Source: Roseibacillus sp. (GTDB taxonomy: Bacteria > Verrucomicrobiota > Verrucomicrobiia > Verrucomicrobiales > Akkermansiaceae). Taken from it: 64,000 bases of DNA. Below, in pieces: positions 36,549 through 48,900 of this stretch. The notes beneath the pieces are model-generated. The model saw only the letters and a list, made by a program, of their open reading frames with translations, ran no database searches and was not told where the DNA came from. The stretch covers positions 198,863 through 262,862 of the forward strand of contig JBPOGI010000007.1 of the NCBI GenBank assembly GCA_051251855.1. The letters run 5' to 3'. The position numbers and the translations under genes are program-made. How positions within the stretch are numbered: the first letter of the stretch is position 1; each line of letters starts with the position of its first letter.

Positions 36549-36622
36549 GTCCCAGCAATGGGATGTGCGTTGTTGTTCCCACGAGCGGGAGTTGGTTTCG
36601 ACCAGCTCTCGCTCATTTTTTT
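36549..36622 (+). ncRNA. Putative small RNA, copy 3
   Basis: Hairpin GUCCCA-GCAA-UGGGAU (36549-64) and an identical linker (36565-82). The terminator stem carries a compensatory G:C to A:U pair (GGGAG...CUCUC). It ends in seven U. Confidence 0.6.
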
Positions 36623-36921
36623 CAAGGGAGAGAGATAAATTGAAGGACTTCCAGTGGACGGATGCTCCTGCTTCTTATCCTTACTAAAGCAATCAGAACG
36701 AGGCATGACGAGGTCAATGCCCTCCGCCCCTCGCTATTAGACCTTTGACGACTAGACCTTTAAGGACTGGAACTGGTCGGTGCATTCCTGAGGCTCACCC
36801 CTTGCTTCGTCACTCGGATTTACCGTTCTTCTCCACTCTTGCTGGACGGCTAGAATGGAGAAGATGGAACGAGTTTATCGATTGAAAAGAGGCCGGCTTT
36901 GAACGCACTTCTTTTCCCCCA

Positions 36922-39900
36922 CTAGAATTGCGGCAAGGGATAGATGTGAGACCTCTTGTCATCTCCCGGCAAGACTTTCACCATCACTGCTCGATGTGAT
37001 TCAATCAAGAGGTCCGCGTCACGGTTCAAGAGTTGCGAGTCGTTCAAATCCAACCAGTAGTTGTAGGGTCCAGCGTCGGCCAACATGTATCCTAAATACC
37101 CCGTCTTATATTCGGTGACACCCACCTCATCAACAACACGGTCGCCTTTCCAGAACAGAAGCTCGGAACTCTTCGTTGGAGAAGCTCCGCCATCAAAACC
37201 AGCAGCCAAGGTAAGATCCCGGCCATTAGCTCCCGCCGGCGATTGGTCCAAAGGCCACATCGCCCCTGTGAGGTTGAAGCCTTCGTTCATGGGAGCCGCT
37301 TGGTCATAATCAGCAACCATTCCGAAAGTGAACTGCTCCACTGGAGGAATCGTCGCGGGAGCAAGCGCATCCCCAGAGCTCTTGGGATGAATCCAATTTC
37401 CCATCGAAGGATCCAGACGGAGGCCTCCCTGGTCAACTTGAGCGAAAGGATCAGTCACCCGAATCCATTTTGTATCGGGAGCCGTGCCAACCAACATCAA
37501 GGTTTCGAATCCAGGATCACTCTTTCGAACATCATAGAAGAGCAGTCGGGTCGCATCCGCTGGATTTGAGTCCTCTTCGCCGGCAAATGTCGTCGTCTTA
37601 TCGAACACTTCATCGATGGTGCGATAGCGAATCACTTCGTAGCTTGCTCCATTAAGTCCACTATCGGTGGGCAAACCATCGAGAGTATTCAGGGAGGCCA
37701 CTGCGGTGTCAAAAATATCACTATCGTTGAGAAGAGAGATCGTTCCAATACCACCGCCCAGAATATCGAAGCGGTGTCCTTCAAAAAGACCGCTCGTAAT
37801 CTGGAGATACTTTTCACCATTGCTTCCGACAACGGATGACAAGTCCACGTTCCCTACTGAGTCGCTAACATCTAAGATGATGTCTCCGGTTTCAGAGTCT
37901 GTCGCAAGGGTGAGAACCCCACTACCGAAGGTACCACTCAACTCAGGCTTCTCTTTAAAGGGAGAACTAAAGCTGAGGCACTGATAGTCGCCAAACAGAT
38001 TGCACTGCCAACCAAAGGTCCTACTGTAGAAGACTTCATCTGGAGTAATGGTCTCACTGCCGTCGACATCGATCTCCACCTTCATTCGAACAACTCCATT
38101 CTGAGGAGTCACCGGTCCGGTGGAATTTTGAATATCGCTATAGATAACTTTCTCGGCCTCCACTGGAACATCAGCGTCCGTGATGTTCACAGTAGGCGTG
38201 ATGTCAGACAAGTCACTCCACACAGTCGGGGTATCCAAGGTCGCAGCCCCTTGCAGGGTGTAAGTCACATCATTGAGACCACCACGACGACGCATGAACT
38301 GGGCAGTGACGCTTCCATCAGGAGCCTTGGTGAGACAGAACTCGCCGTGTCCGGGAAGTCCATCACCAGGGTTTAGGCAGAAGGCATACTCCAGAGCATT
38401 CGGATAGATATCTCCATCAGGATTGTCAGCCAAGCCATCGTTGGTTCCGGGGTTTGAGGTGTGGTCCAGCGCACTATCGTTCGTGTCTTGGAACTCGGTA
38501 TAAGTGCCGGACTTTGGAGAAGTGAAGCCAAAGTCATAACTCGCGTTGGCTCCTTCTCCTGATGGATCGGCCTGCTGGTCGGTGGCGGTTTGACCCTGGA
38601 TGGCAATAGCCGGCGCTCCCGCAGGGTCGTTGCTATCGGTCAAACTGGTGGCCGTTCCACTTTCGATCACAGTAGGCTCGGTTCCTGTCGGAGTTTGCAC
38701 GGAGAGAACATAAGTCGGCTCTGCGCCTGCCCCGTCTCCATTGTAGTCCTCGTCCATGAGCAGATTGCCAAAGTCATAGTGACCTGTTGTGTCTGTTACA
38801 TCAGTGAGAGAGACAACCGTTCCGTCCGGATAAGTGATGGTCAAGGTGACCACCGCACCTTCGATGGCAGGTTCGCCACTCTCTTGCACACCATCATTGT
38901 TGCTGTCGAACCAGACGTAGTTTCCAATCGCAGCAGGATCCTTGTAGTAGCCAAAGTCGGCGGTGTCATCGTCGGGATTTCCTGAGTCGATGGTCACAGG
39001 ATAGCCGCCGTCCTCCTGACTGTTGCCATCGGTGCCAGGATTCGGTCCCACGCTATGCCAGTAACCGTCGAGTTCATTGCCGTCGTCCGTCACCACCACG
39101 ATGTAGTCATCGAATGGAAGGCCATCGAAGAGATACTCCCCATTCGCGTCCGTAGTGGTTGTTCCAACCGCCGGATCACCTGAGTCCACAATCCCGTCGC
39201 CATCGATATCGCGATAGAGCACCACGGTGACGCCTTCGATTCCAGCTTCGCCACCGTCGAGAACTCCGTCACCATCGACATCATTCCAAATGGTCGTTCC
39301 AATGCTTCCTCCGTCAGTCGAAACATAACCGAAGTCTTGGTCCACATTATCCGGTGCTCCACTGGTCAAAGTGACCTCGCTCTCTGAATCAAGTCCCCCA
39401 TCGTTGTCGAAGGTATTATCAAGGGCTTCCAAGACGCCACCCGGGTCAAAGTTGCTGTCAGCAATCTTCACCGTGTAGTCGGCGCCGGCAGCACCGCTGC
39501 CATCATCAAGAGGTAAACCTCCGAAGTAGTAGCTACCGTCAGGACCGGTCTCGGTCACTGCGATGAGCTCACCTTGTTCATCGTAGAGTTCGACCAACAC
39601 CCCGGGGAGACCCGTATCGGACTCGTTCTGGTCAGCGCCCCCATCGGCATCCAGCCAGACGTAGTTGCCAATCGAACCGGTCTCGGCCGCAGGCTGGAAT
39701 CCGAAGTCTTGAGCATCGTCATTCCGCGTCGTGGCATCGGTGGTGTCTAAGCTCAAGGTTGAGGAGTCATCCGTTCCACCATCGCTTCCGCTCTCAGTTG
39801 GAACCGGACTAAACTCTGGAGGCAAGGTCGAGGTATCGACCTGCACCGTGTAGGAGATGCCCGAGTCAGGATCGAGGTTCGGGAAATTGTAGTTTCCATT

Positions 39901-42900
39901 CTCGTCCGTAACGGTGGTCCAAGTCTCGGTTCCATCGGTCAAAGTAACCGTCACTCCAGCCAAGCCAGGCTCATTCGCATCTTGGGTGCCGTCACCATCA
40001 AGATCAGCATAGATGGTGTCGCCAATGCTACCGACAGGTTCACCAACAGTCGCGGGAGGATAGCCGAAGTCTTGGTCGAGGTCGACCGGTGTTCCGCTGC
40101 TCACAGTCACCGAGCTGCTACTGTCTCCATCATTCTCTGGGTCTCCAGTTGGAGCCGCATCATAGCCATCTGGCAAGGTCGTGGTATCGACTTCTACGGT
40201 GTAATCTCCTAGAGGTAACTCTGGGAAGAGGTAGTTTCCGTTCGAATCCGTAACCGTGGTCGCAATCAGAATCGTGCCAGTCACATCGTAGAGATTGACC
40301 GTGATACCGGGAAGCCCCTGCTCGCCGGCGTTCTGGCTACCATTGGAATCGTCGTCCGCCCAAATGGTATCGCCAATCGCGCCCAAGGTTCCATCAGCTG
40401 GGTAGCTAAAGTCTTGCGCTCGGTTATCCGGAGCGACATCCGTGAGAAGCACCGGACTCGAGGAGTCGTTATTGCCATCACTATCGTGTGTCGCAGCGGT
40501 CTGATAACCAGCGGGAAGAGTCGCGGTATCGACTTCGACTACGTAACCACCGAGTGGCAGCCCGTCAAAGAGGTAGTTCCCGTTCGAGTCGGTCACTGTA
40601 GTTGCGATGATGTCGTTAGCATCGACAGAACCGTCGCCATTCACATCATCCGCGAGGCCATCACCATCGTCATCGGCATAAAGATTGACCACCACATCGG
40701 CGAGCCCAGGCTCGTTCCCTTGAGTGGACTGGTCGCCTCCGCTGCTATCGAGGTCTCCCCAAACGGTATCGCCAATGGAACCGAGGGCTTCACCTGAAGT
40801 GTAGCCAAAGTCCTGATCGTCTACGTCGGGAGTTCCCGCATCAATCGTAGTCGCGCTCAAGTTCGGAGTGCCTGCGACGCCATCGGCATCATAGGTTTGC
40901 TCAAGGCCACTTAAGACTCCATCAGTATCGTTCACCCAGACGATGTAGTCATCATAAGGCAAGTTATCGAAGATGTAGCTTCCATCGCTGGCAGTAGTGG
41001 TCGTGTTGATGATGGGCTCTCCCACATCCCAAACTCCGTCTCCATCGAGGTCATCGATCAAGCTCACCGTCACTCCGCCGATCCCTGGCTCACCCGCATC
41101 TTCTACCCCGTCTCCATTGAGGTCATTCCAAACGGTGTCGCCAATGCTTCCGAGAGGAGCAGTCACTTCCGGCTGATAGCCAAAGTCCCCATTGAGGAAG
41201 ACATCTCCTGGAGCCAGCACGATAGGCTCGCTCTTACCATCATTGGCAGAGAAAGCGGTATCCGTTTCTGCAAAGTGATCCGGATCTCCCGTCTGAAGGT
41301 AGTCGCTTCCCAGAATATCATGACTCGCAGTCGCGCTATCGGTCACCTCAACGACATAGGCATCAGGAACCAAACCATCGAAGTAGTAGCGACCATTGCT
41401 ATCGGTCGTCGTCGTGCCAACAAGGTTATCATAGACGCCATCACCATCATGATCATTGTAGAGGCTCACCTCAACACCCGCGACGGGCGCTTCGCCATCA
41501 TCTTGAATGCCATCACCATCGGCATCGATCCAGATGAAGTCTCCCAGAGCCGCGACCTCCGCACCGGCAGTCGCCGTCGGGTCATTCACCTCACCCGCAG
41601 GATTGATGTTGTAACCAAAGTCCGCCGTAGAGTTGTCCATCGGCTCAGTTCCACCCAGAAGCACTGGGTAGCCATAATCACCTGCACCGGGGTCATCGGA
41701 ATCATCCTGATTGCCAAAGTCGCCACCCGAATTGGTGAAAGGGCTTTGGGTAAAGCCAGTGGGTAAGGTCGTCTCATCGACGTTCACATAATACTCCCCC
41801 GCAGGAAGGTCAGTGAAGAGGTATCCCCCATCGGCATCCGTGTAGGTAGTAGCCACCACGTTGCCGTCGCCGTCATAGAGGTCGACTTTCACATTCGCGA
41901 GACCCGGCTCACCATCATCCTGATAGCCGTTGCTGTCCTCATCATGCCAAATGTAGTTACCAATCGTTCCAACCGGAGGACCAATGAGTCCAAGGTCAAG
42001 GTCGGTATCGCTATCACCCGCTGCCAAAGTGACCGTCTGGGTACGACCCGTCATCACATCCGCATCACTGTCGGTGTTGGTATCGGCAACCGTATCATCG
42101 CCATCGGCGTTCTGCTCGGTAGGCCCGTATCCGTAAGGCAAGGTGCTGTAGTCAAATTCCACATAGTAGTCACCGGCCAAGAGGTCATCGAAGAGGTAGT
42201 TTCCTTGGGCATCGGTCGAAGTCACGCCAACCACCGTGTCGGTGGCCGCATCATAGACCCGCACAGTGACACCCGGAACTCCGGACTCGCCGGGATCCTG
42301 AAGGCCATTGCCGTTGCCATCAATCCAGACAAAGTCACCTAGGGAGGCCAAGTCTTCACCAAAGTTGAAGTCCACTCCGCGCTCACCACCCGCAAGGGTG
42401 ATTCCGGTAATGGTATCCGAACCTGCCGTCCCTTGGTCAGCAGTAGTGCTGCTGGGAGAAGCAGTGGTATCAACAAGGTCCCCTGCGTCCGTCGTGGTCG
42501 AGAACCATCCTTCAGGTTGCGTCTCGGTGACATCGTAAGTTCCAGGATTGATTCCCGCGAAGCTGTAGTTGCCATCGTCATCGGTGACGGTGGTCAGCTC
42601 AACAGCGTTCCCGAAGATATCGGTTCCAGTCAAAGTGATGGTCACGCCAGGAATACCCGCCTCGGTGAGGTCGAGGTTTCCAAGATTGTCCGCACCGGCG
42701 TCGCCATCGGCACGGTCGTCATCGTGATAGACCGTTCCGCTCAAGCTCGCGAGTTGCTCTAGAATCACATCAACCTCTGCTGGGTCGCTGTTGTCGCCTA
42801 AGTCGGTCTCCGCACTAGTCGTTGCAATGTTCGCAATATTGACCTGAGTCTTCTGCCAATTGGAAGTCATGTAGGCCTGGTCAACCGTGAAGGTCACGGT

Positions 42901-45900
42901 GACGGAACCAGTAGCTCCCGGCGTTAAGATTCCTGCGTTGTAACTAAAGTCATTGGCTGAGCCAAGTGTGCCCGGCGTTGCCGACTGAATCACCAGACCA
43001 TCGGGCAAGGTATCCGAGATGACCACGTCCGCGGCATCGCCGTTACCATTGTTGCCATAAGTGATGGTGAAGGACCCACCTCCGTATAAGTCGACCACGG
43101 CGGTATCAGCCACCTTCTCAATCCAGACGTTAGCCAAGCCATTGGCATCGGTAATAACGGTCAGCGCGCTGTCATCGTTATTATCGTAATCGCTCTCCTG
43201 TCGATCGTTCGCAATCGTAACCACGTTGTTGAGGCTGTCGCCGGCCACGCCACCAGTTTCGGTGACCTGCACAGTAAAGCTTCCACTCGCTCCGGTCGCT
43301 TGGTCGCCGAGATTCCAAATCAAGGCCGTCAAACCACTGCCCTCGTAATCCGCATCTACAGTTGGTGAGCCACTCGAGCTCACGTAAGTCGTATTAGCGG
43401 GTAGAATATCGGTCACCACTGCGTTTAGCGCTCCCTGTGGTCCGAGGACCTCCCAAGCAATATCATAGTTGATGGTCTCGCTTGCTCCCTCTTTAACCGC
43501 TCCGGTGTCTACCAGCTTGCTCACAGCCAAGTCTGTTAGGCGCAGGTTGATGGAATCTTCCGCCGTATTATTGGCGGTGTTGTCATCGATCTCTGGGGTG
43601 CTCGTCGCAATTGAAATGGTGTTATCAATAGTGCTCTGACCAACGGGCGCAGGATCGTCCACCATCACCTGGAAGGTGAAGCTAGGCACTTCTTCCACCA
43701 CATAAGTCGCACGCCAAGAATTGAAGCAAGCCATCGCTGACTCATCGGTGCTGGTCATGGTCACCCGCAAAATCATTTCCGAATTTGCAATATCGATAGA
43801 TGAGATATCAGCAAAACCGTCTTCGAGTTCGGCCGGACCAAAGAGAGTCGTGGTGTCGGCTGCGTTTCTCAACTCAAACGTCGTCGTTACCGCATCGTCT
43901 GCTTCGACGCTGACAAGAAGTCGGTCCCATTTCGTCAACGTTCCTGCGGCAACGACCGGATAGTCTTCAGTGACAATCGTCTCGTATGCTTCGAAACCTG
44001 AACGCAATTTCGCAACAATGACTCCTGGGCGAGTGGCATCACTTCCTTGGCTCACTATTCCGAAAGTGGCAGTCGCGCCCCCCATACCATCGTAGACATA
44101 AGTTGGATTTGTGATTCCAGGTGAATAGTTCACCCCTGCGTTGAGCTGACTTCCGTAGAAGAGCTCCAGAATGCCGTCTCCATCGATGTCGTAGCTATTC
44201 ATTCGCTGCCCACCATTTTGACCTTGGCGGAAGATGTATCCATTTCCTTCGATGGGACTCAGCTTACAATACTCCCTCAGAGTGCCATCGGCATTGGGGT
44301 AGAAAATGTAGGTGGCTCCACGGTTGCTGGCATTTCCTGATGTGTTGACTGAAGAGGTAATATCATCATCGTTCGCCGCCGAGACCGCAAACTCACTCAG
44401 TCCATCGCCATCCAAATCGCCGACAGCCGCAACTCCGTATCCGAAGTTATCATTGGCATCCAAAGCCAGAGCGGGAGTGGTTAGATTCGAAATCTTACTC
44501 ACCTTTTTAAGTTCACCCGTAGTCTCGAGAAGAACGATATATGCCGCCCCTGTCGCAGTATATCCATCATCGTCACTCGAAGCTCCAACCACCAGGTCCT
44601 CCGCTCCGTTGCCATCCAAATCTCCAACAAAACTCAAATCGAATCCGAACAAGTCGCCGGAATCCAAATAACCACTCAGTTCCGCACTACGAGCCGTCTG
44701 CATCTTGATAAAACTCGTAACATCTCCTGTCATGTGGCCATTGATGTCTCTTTCCAGCCAGAAGAAGTAGTATCCTCCCCGCGAAGAATCCAGGCTCACA
44801 TCTCCTGCAACCAAGACGGAATCACCGCTACCGGCAAAGTCCTCAATGTAAGTGAGTCCTCGTCCAATTCCCACGGAACCCTGATCGTCAGCTCCGGTCA
44901 CACCACTGGCGGTAACGAAGCCACCAGTTCCAGAAACTATCTTCTTCAAGTCCTTCAACGATCCATCCGTATCTAGGAACAAGAGATAGACCGCGCCACG
45001 GCCCACGTTTCCAACATTCGTTCCATAGGCTCCAACCGCGAGATCAGGGATTCCATCGCCGTTCACATCGCCGATTGGCTCCAAGGAATATCCAAAATAG
45101 TCAAAGGCTGAGAGACCGGCCAAAAGACCACTCGCGGCAGCCGTTCCCTCCGCAATTTCAACGCTAGATTTCACGGAGCCATCAGCATTCATGAAGTTGA
45201 TCAGAACGGCTCCTTGATTCACATTGACCAAGTCCATCTCATTGGATTCATCCAAATCACGGAACGGAGAACCGACTGCGTAATCAATCACGCCATCATT
45301 GTCGATATCACCCACGGCATGATAGGTGACTTGATGGGAGCGTGTGTGCGCTCGATCATCGGTAACATTGGGGATATCATTATCAACGTTTGTGTCAAAG
45401 GCGACGTGTTGATCGTAACCAGCATCGAGTGCGCTCACTTCAGACAAAAATGACTCAACCTCCACTTTAGGCAGTGGTTCGAGACAAAGAACAGCGCCAG
45501 GGCTTCCTGCCGGCTCTTTTCTAACAAAGACCCGATGGATGGTGTCCGCAGAATCATCACCCAATACATTGTCCAGTTCCCAGTCATCACCATTGGCACG
45601 AATGGCCCAGTTGGCTACACCATCCTGATAGAAAGGAAGTTCGGTGAGCGCATAGTCCCCCTCATCATCATTCTCCTCTGTCGCAAGGGCCGGAATATTC
45701 GCGGTATGGCCAGGCACACCAACCCAGTTTCCATCGTAATGAAAGTGATTGAAGTCGCCTGTGCCAGTCTTCACATAATCATTGCCCCTCATGAAGTCAT
45801 CGGTCGTCCGAATGTTTACCACTCGCTCATGATCGGAAGTCCGTCCTTGGAACAGCATCGTGTCAAAACCAAGGGCGGCAGCCAACCCATTGCCAGCATG

Positions 45901-48900
45901 ACCCCAGTTCTCTGACGCGCTCTCGTCATCACCCAAGGCGTTGGAAGCAAAGAGCGGCAAGTCGTTCGTGCGCACTGCGAGTTCGGGATTGGTTCCTCCC
46001 GCATGCACGTAGTTGAGAATCATCAACCATCCACCACCATCGGTATCACCATCGACGTATCCCTGGAAGGACTTACCATCAATATTGAACCAATAGACTC
46101 CGGTAGCCACCCCTCCGAGACCAGCAATGTCAGTGAAGGGATCATACTCAGTGCCCGTGCCAAATCCATTGCTACCAGCAAAGGTCGCGGGAGCGGGAAG
46201 ATTGTCGAAGAGGATTTCGAACCCAGTGGGGTCAGAAGGATTGGGGCTCCAAATAGCAGTAGCACCATCAGGAACCATAAGAGAACCCGGAACGTAGCTG
46301 GTGCCCGCTGGAATGACTTCTGAAATCACCACATCGTCAGCGGCCGCTTTACCGGTGTTATTATACTCAATGGAGTAAGTGAGAACTTCTCCCGCTTCGG
46401 TCCAAGTCTCGTCTTGATCGGACTCATTGACCACGCTCTTGCCAATACTGATCTCAGGGCGATAGATGCGGGTGGAGACTTCGTCGGCATTGTTCGCAAG
46501 GAAATCTTCGGCGGGGTCGGCATCGGTTTGGTTATCGACAACCAATGTCGTATTGTTCGTCACGGTATCACCATCAGCAGCAGCGTCAGAGACATAGCCC
46601 TGGAGGGTGAAGGTGACAATCGCTCCTACCGGCACTCCGATATTGCGATAGTAATCAGTATCAACGGCGTTAGCAGTGGTGCCGAGATACCAGGTCACGG
46701 TATCTCCTCCAGCGGGAGAGAGATTGTCCAAGGTCGCACTAATCGGGAAAGTCACGGGAGATCCGGTTCCATCTTCCAGAGTCACACTCGCGCCATCATC
46801 ATCGGTCGCCTCAACTGTTGCGAAACCATTGAAGGCAGTCGGATGCGGAACAAAATTGGCCGGCAGAACATCTTCCACCTTCACCCCGTAGGCAGTCTGA
46901 GTTCCAGTATTGGTCAGCTCAATGGTGTAGGTAATCGGGTCGCCAGGACGCAAACCGGGAACACTCCCCTCGGCACTAGCTGACTTCGCAATCGCCATAT
47001 CCACTCCGGGAATTTGGGTCATCGCGGTGGCTGCATTGTTGTTTGGTCCATCGGTTGGATCCTCAGGGTCGTCACTCTCTTGAGCACTGGTGGAAATCGT
47101 AGCGGTATTGGTGTAAGCCGTTCCAGGAGCGGTGCCCCCCGGAATCGAAGTGCTCACCAGAATATCAGAATCACCGGCATTGGCAGGAACAGTTCCCACC
47201 TCAAAGGCAATGAAAGTGACAGTCGCTGTCGGGGTAGAACTCCAACCGAGGCCAGAAGTCCCGGGCGTGAAGACCGGCGCGGCGGGGGCATCGGAATAGT
47301 AGGCTACCACTCCAGAAGGAAGAAGCACGCTATTGAAAGTCAGACCCGACGGAATGGCATCAATGATGTAAACATCAGGAGCTTCGTTATTCGTTCCATT
47401 GCTGTAAGAGATCGTCCAAACGACAGTCTCTCCAGCTTGGGCAACGCTCACTGCAGACTTGGTGATTTTAGGATCGGGGAATGGAAGCACCACTTCTTGC
47501 TCATCGGTGTTTCCATACTCGTTATCCTCCACATCAGAGGTTGTCACCTCTGCCACGTTCGTCAGAGTATCGCCTGCGGCACCTGAGACATCGACCTGAT
47601 AACTGATGAAAACATCGGCAGACTGCCCAGGGAGAACTCCCATGGCACCGCCATCTTGGGTCAAAGAGGTCCAATTGAGAACACTATCACCCCCAGTAGG
47701 GTCATCTAAAATAGCATAGCCCGGTGTGAGCATCTGGGTGCTCCCTTCCACGAAGGTCATTCCCGCAGGCAAAGTGTCGGTGATGACCACGTCGTTGGCC
47801 TCATTCAGACCACGGTTAGCCACCAACAGAGTAAAGGTGATGCGATCTCCATTCTTGGGCTCGGTCGTGCTGGCAATTTTACTGAGGGTCAGGTCCGGGT
47901 TGGCCACGGTAACCGGATCACTATCGCTCACAACGACAGCAGAGCGTGCGTTCGAAGCAAATCCCTGCACGGTATTGAGAACCTCAGTGCCTGAAGCGGT
48001 GGTGGAAAGCGGAACCACAACGAAGCTAACACGCCCTCCCTCACCGGTGAGCAAATCGCTCTTCAGCCCAGGAGAACCAGCAATAAGAACTTCAACGATC
48101 GATGAGCCATCTGCGTTCGTAGTGATGGTAACATTAGGATCAGCCTTGATATCAAGCTCACCGGCGGTCTGACCATTCGCAATCGCAACGTCATTCCACT
48201 CATGCCGAACTCGGCGAAGAGTAACATCCTTAGGAAGATAGTCGGTAATGGTGACAATATCATCGGTGAAGCCCGAGTTGTTAATATAGTCCACATTCCA
48301 AATGAAGCGCTCACCCGCAGTAACGAGTTCCTTGTTGCTAGACTTGGAAATTTGAAGACCAGGGAAAGATTCAACCGTGGTGCGCACCTCATTGCCGACA
48401 GCCTGCAAGTTGGTGTCGGAGAAGATGACGAGCTCGTTGAAAATCACGGTGCCCTCAGGAGAGCCATCGGTTCCCACCGTTGTGCCGTTGTCATCATTGA
48501 CCACGGTGAAAGTCACGGTCTTGTAGGCAGCCGAGACATCAAGCTGAGGAGGCGAAAGAGTCGGGTCGTCTACCTTATAGGCAATCCAAGTTGTTTGGTC
48601 GCCGAAGGGACTTGTCCAAGTATCGTCAGATGGATCACTTGGCGTGCCATTGTCATCCTGAACACCAGGAGTGAAGTTTGCACTAATCACGCTGAAATCG
48701 ACCGGATTGAGAACACTGATTTGGTTAGCCGGCATCGAAGGTGGCAACTTATCAGTGAACCAGATTTCCTCGCCATTAGGCGCAGTCGCTTCTGAGAAAG
48801 TCGTGCGGAAGGGAATGCGATCCACCACCCAAGAATTGACAGAAGTCGCGGTGCCAACGTTGCGGTAGTTGACCTCGTAGGTCACTTCGTCACCAGTGCC

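Noticed and set aside
36187-36622. Possible CRISPR array or MITE/REP cluster
   Set aside because: There are only three copies, and the repeat unit is ~74 nt plus conserved upstream motifs. The intervening segments are of unequal length. Each unit ends in a hairpin plus U-run in a single orientation. I saw no cas genes and no terminal inverted repeats.
36343-36687. 114-aa + strand ORF spanning sRNA-like copies 2 and 3
   Set aside because: The ORF is assembled from the repeated non-coding units and reads straight through two strong intrinsic terminators. The repeat copies fall in different reading frames (the 148-bp spacing is not a multiple of 3), and substitutions between copies preserve RNA pairing rather than codons.
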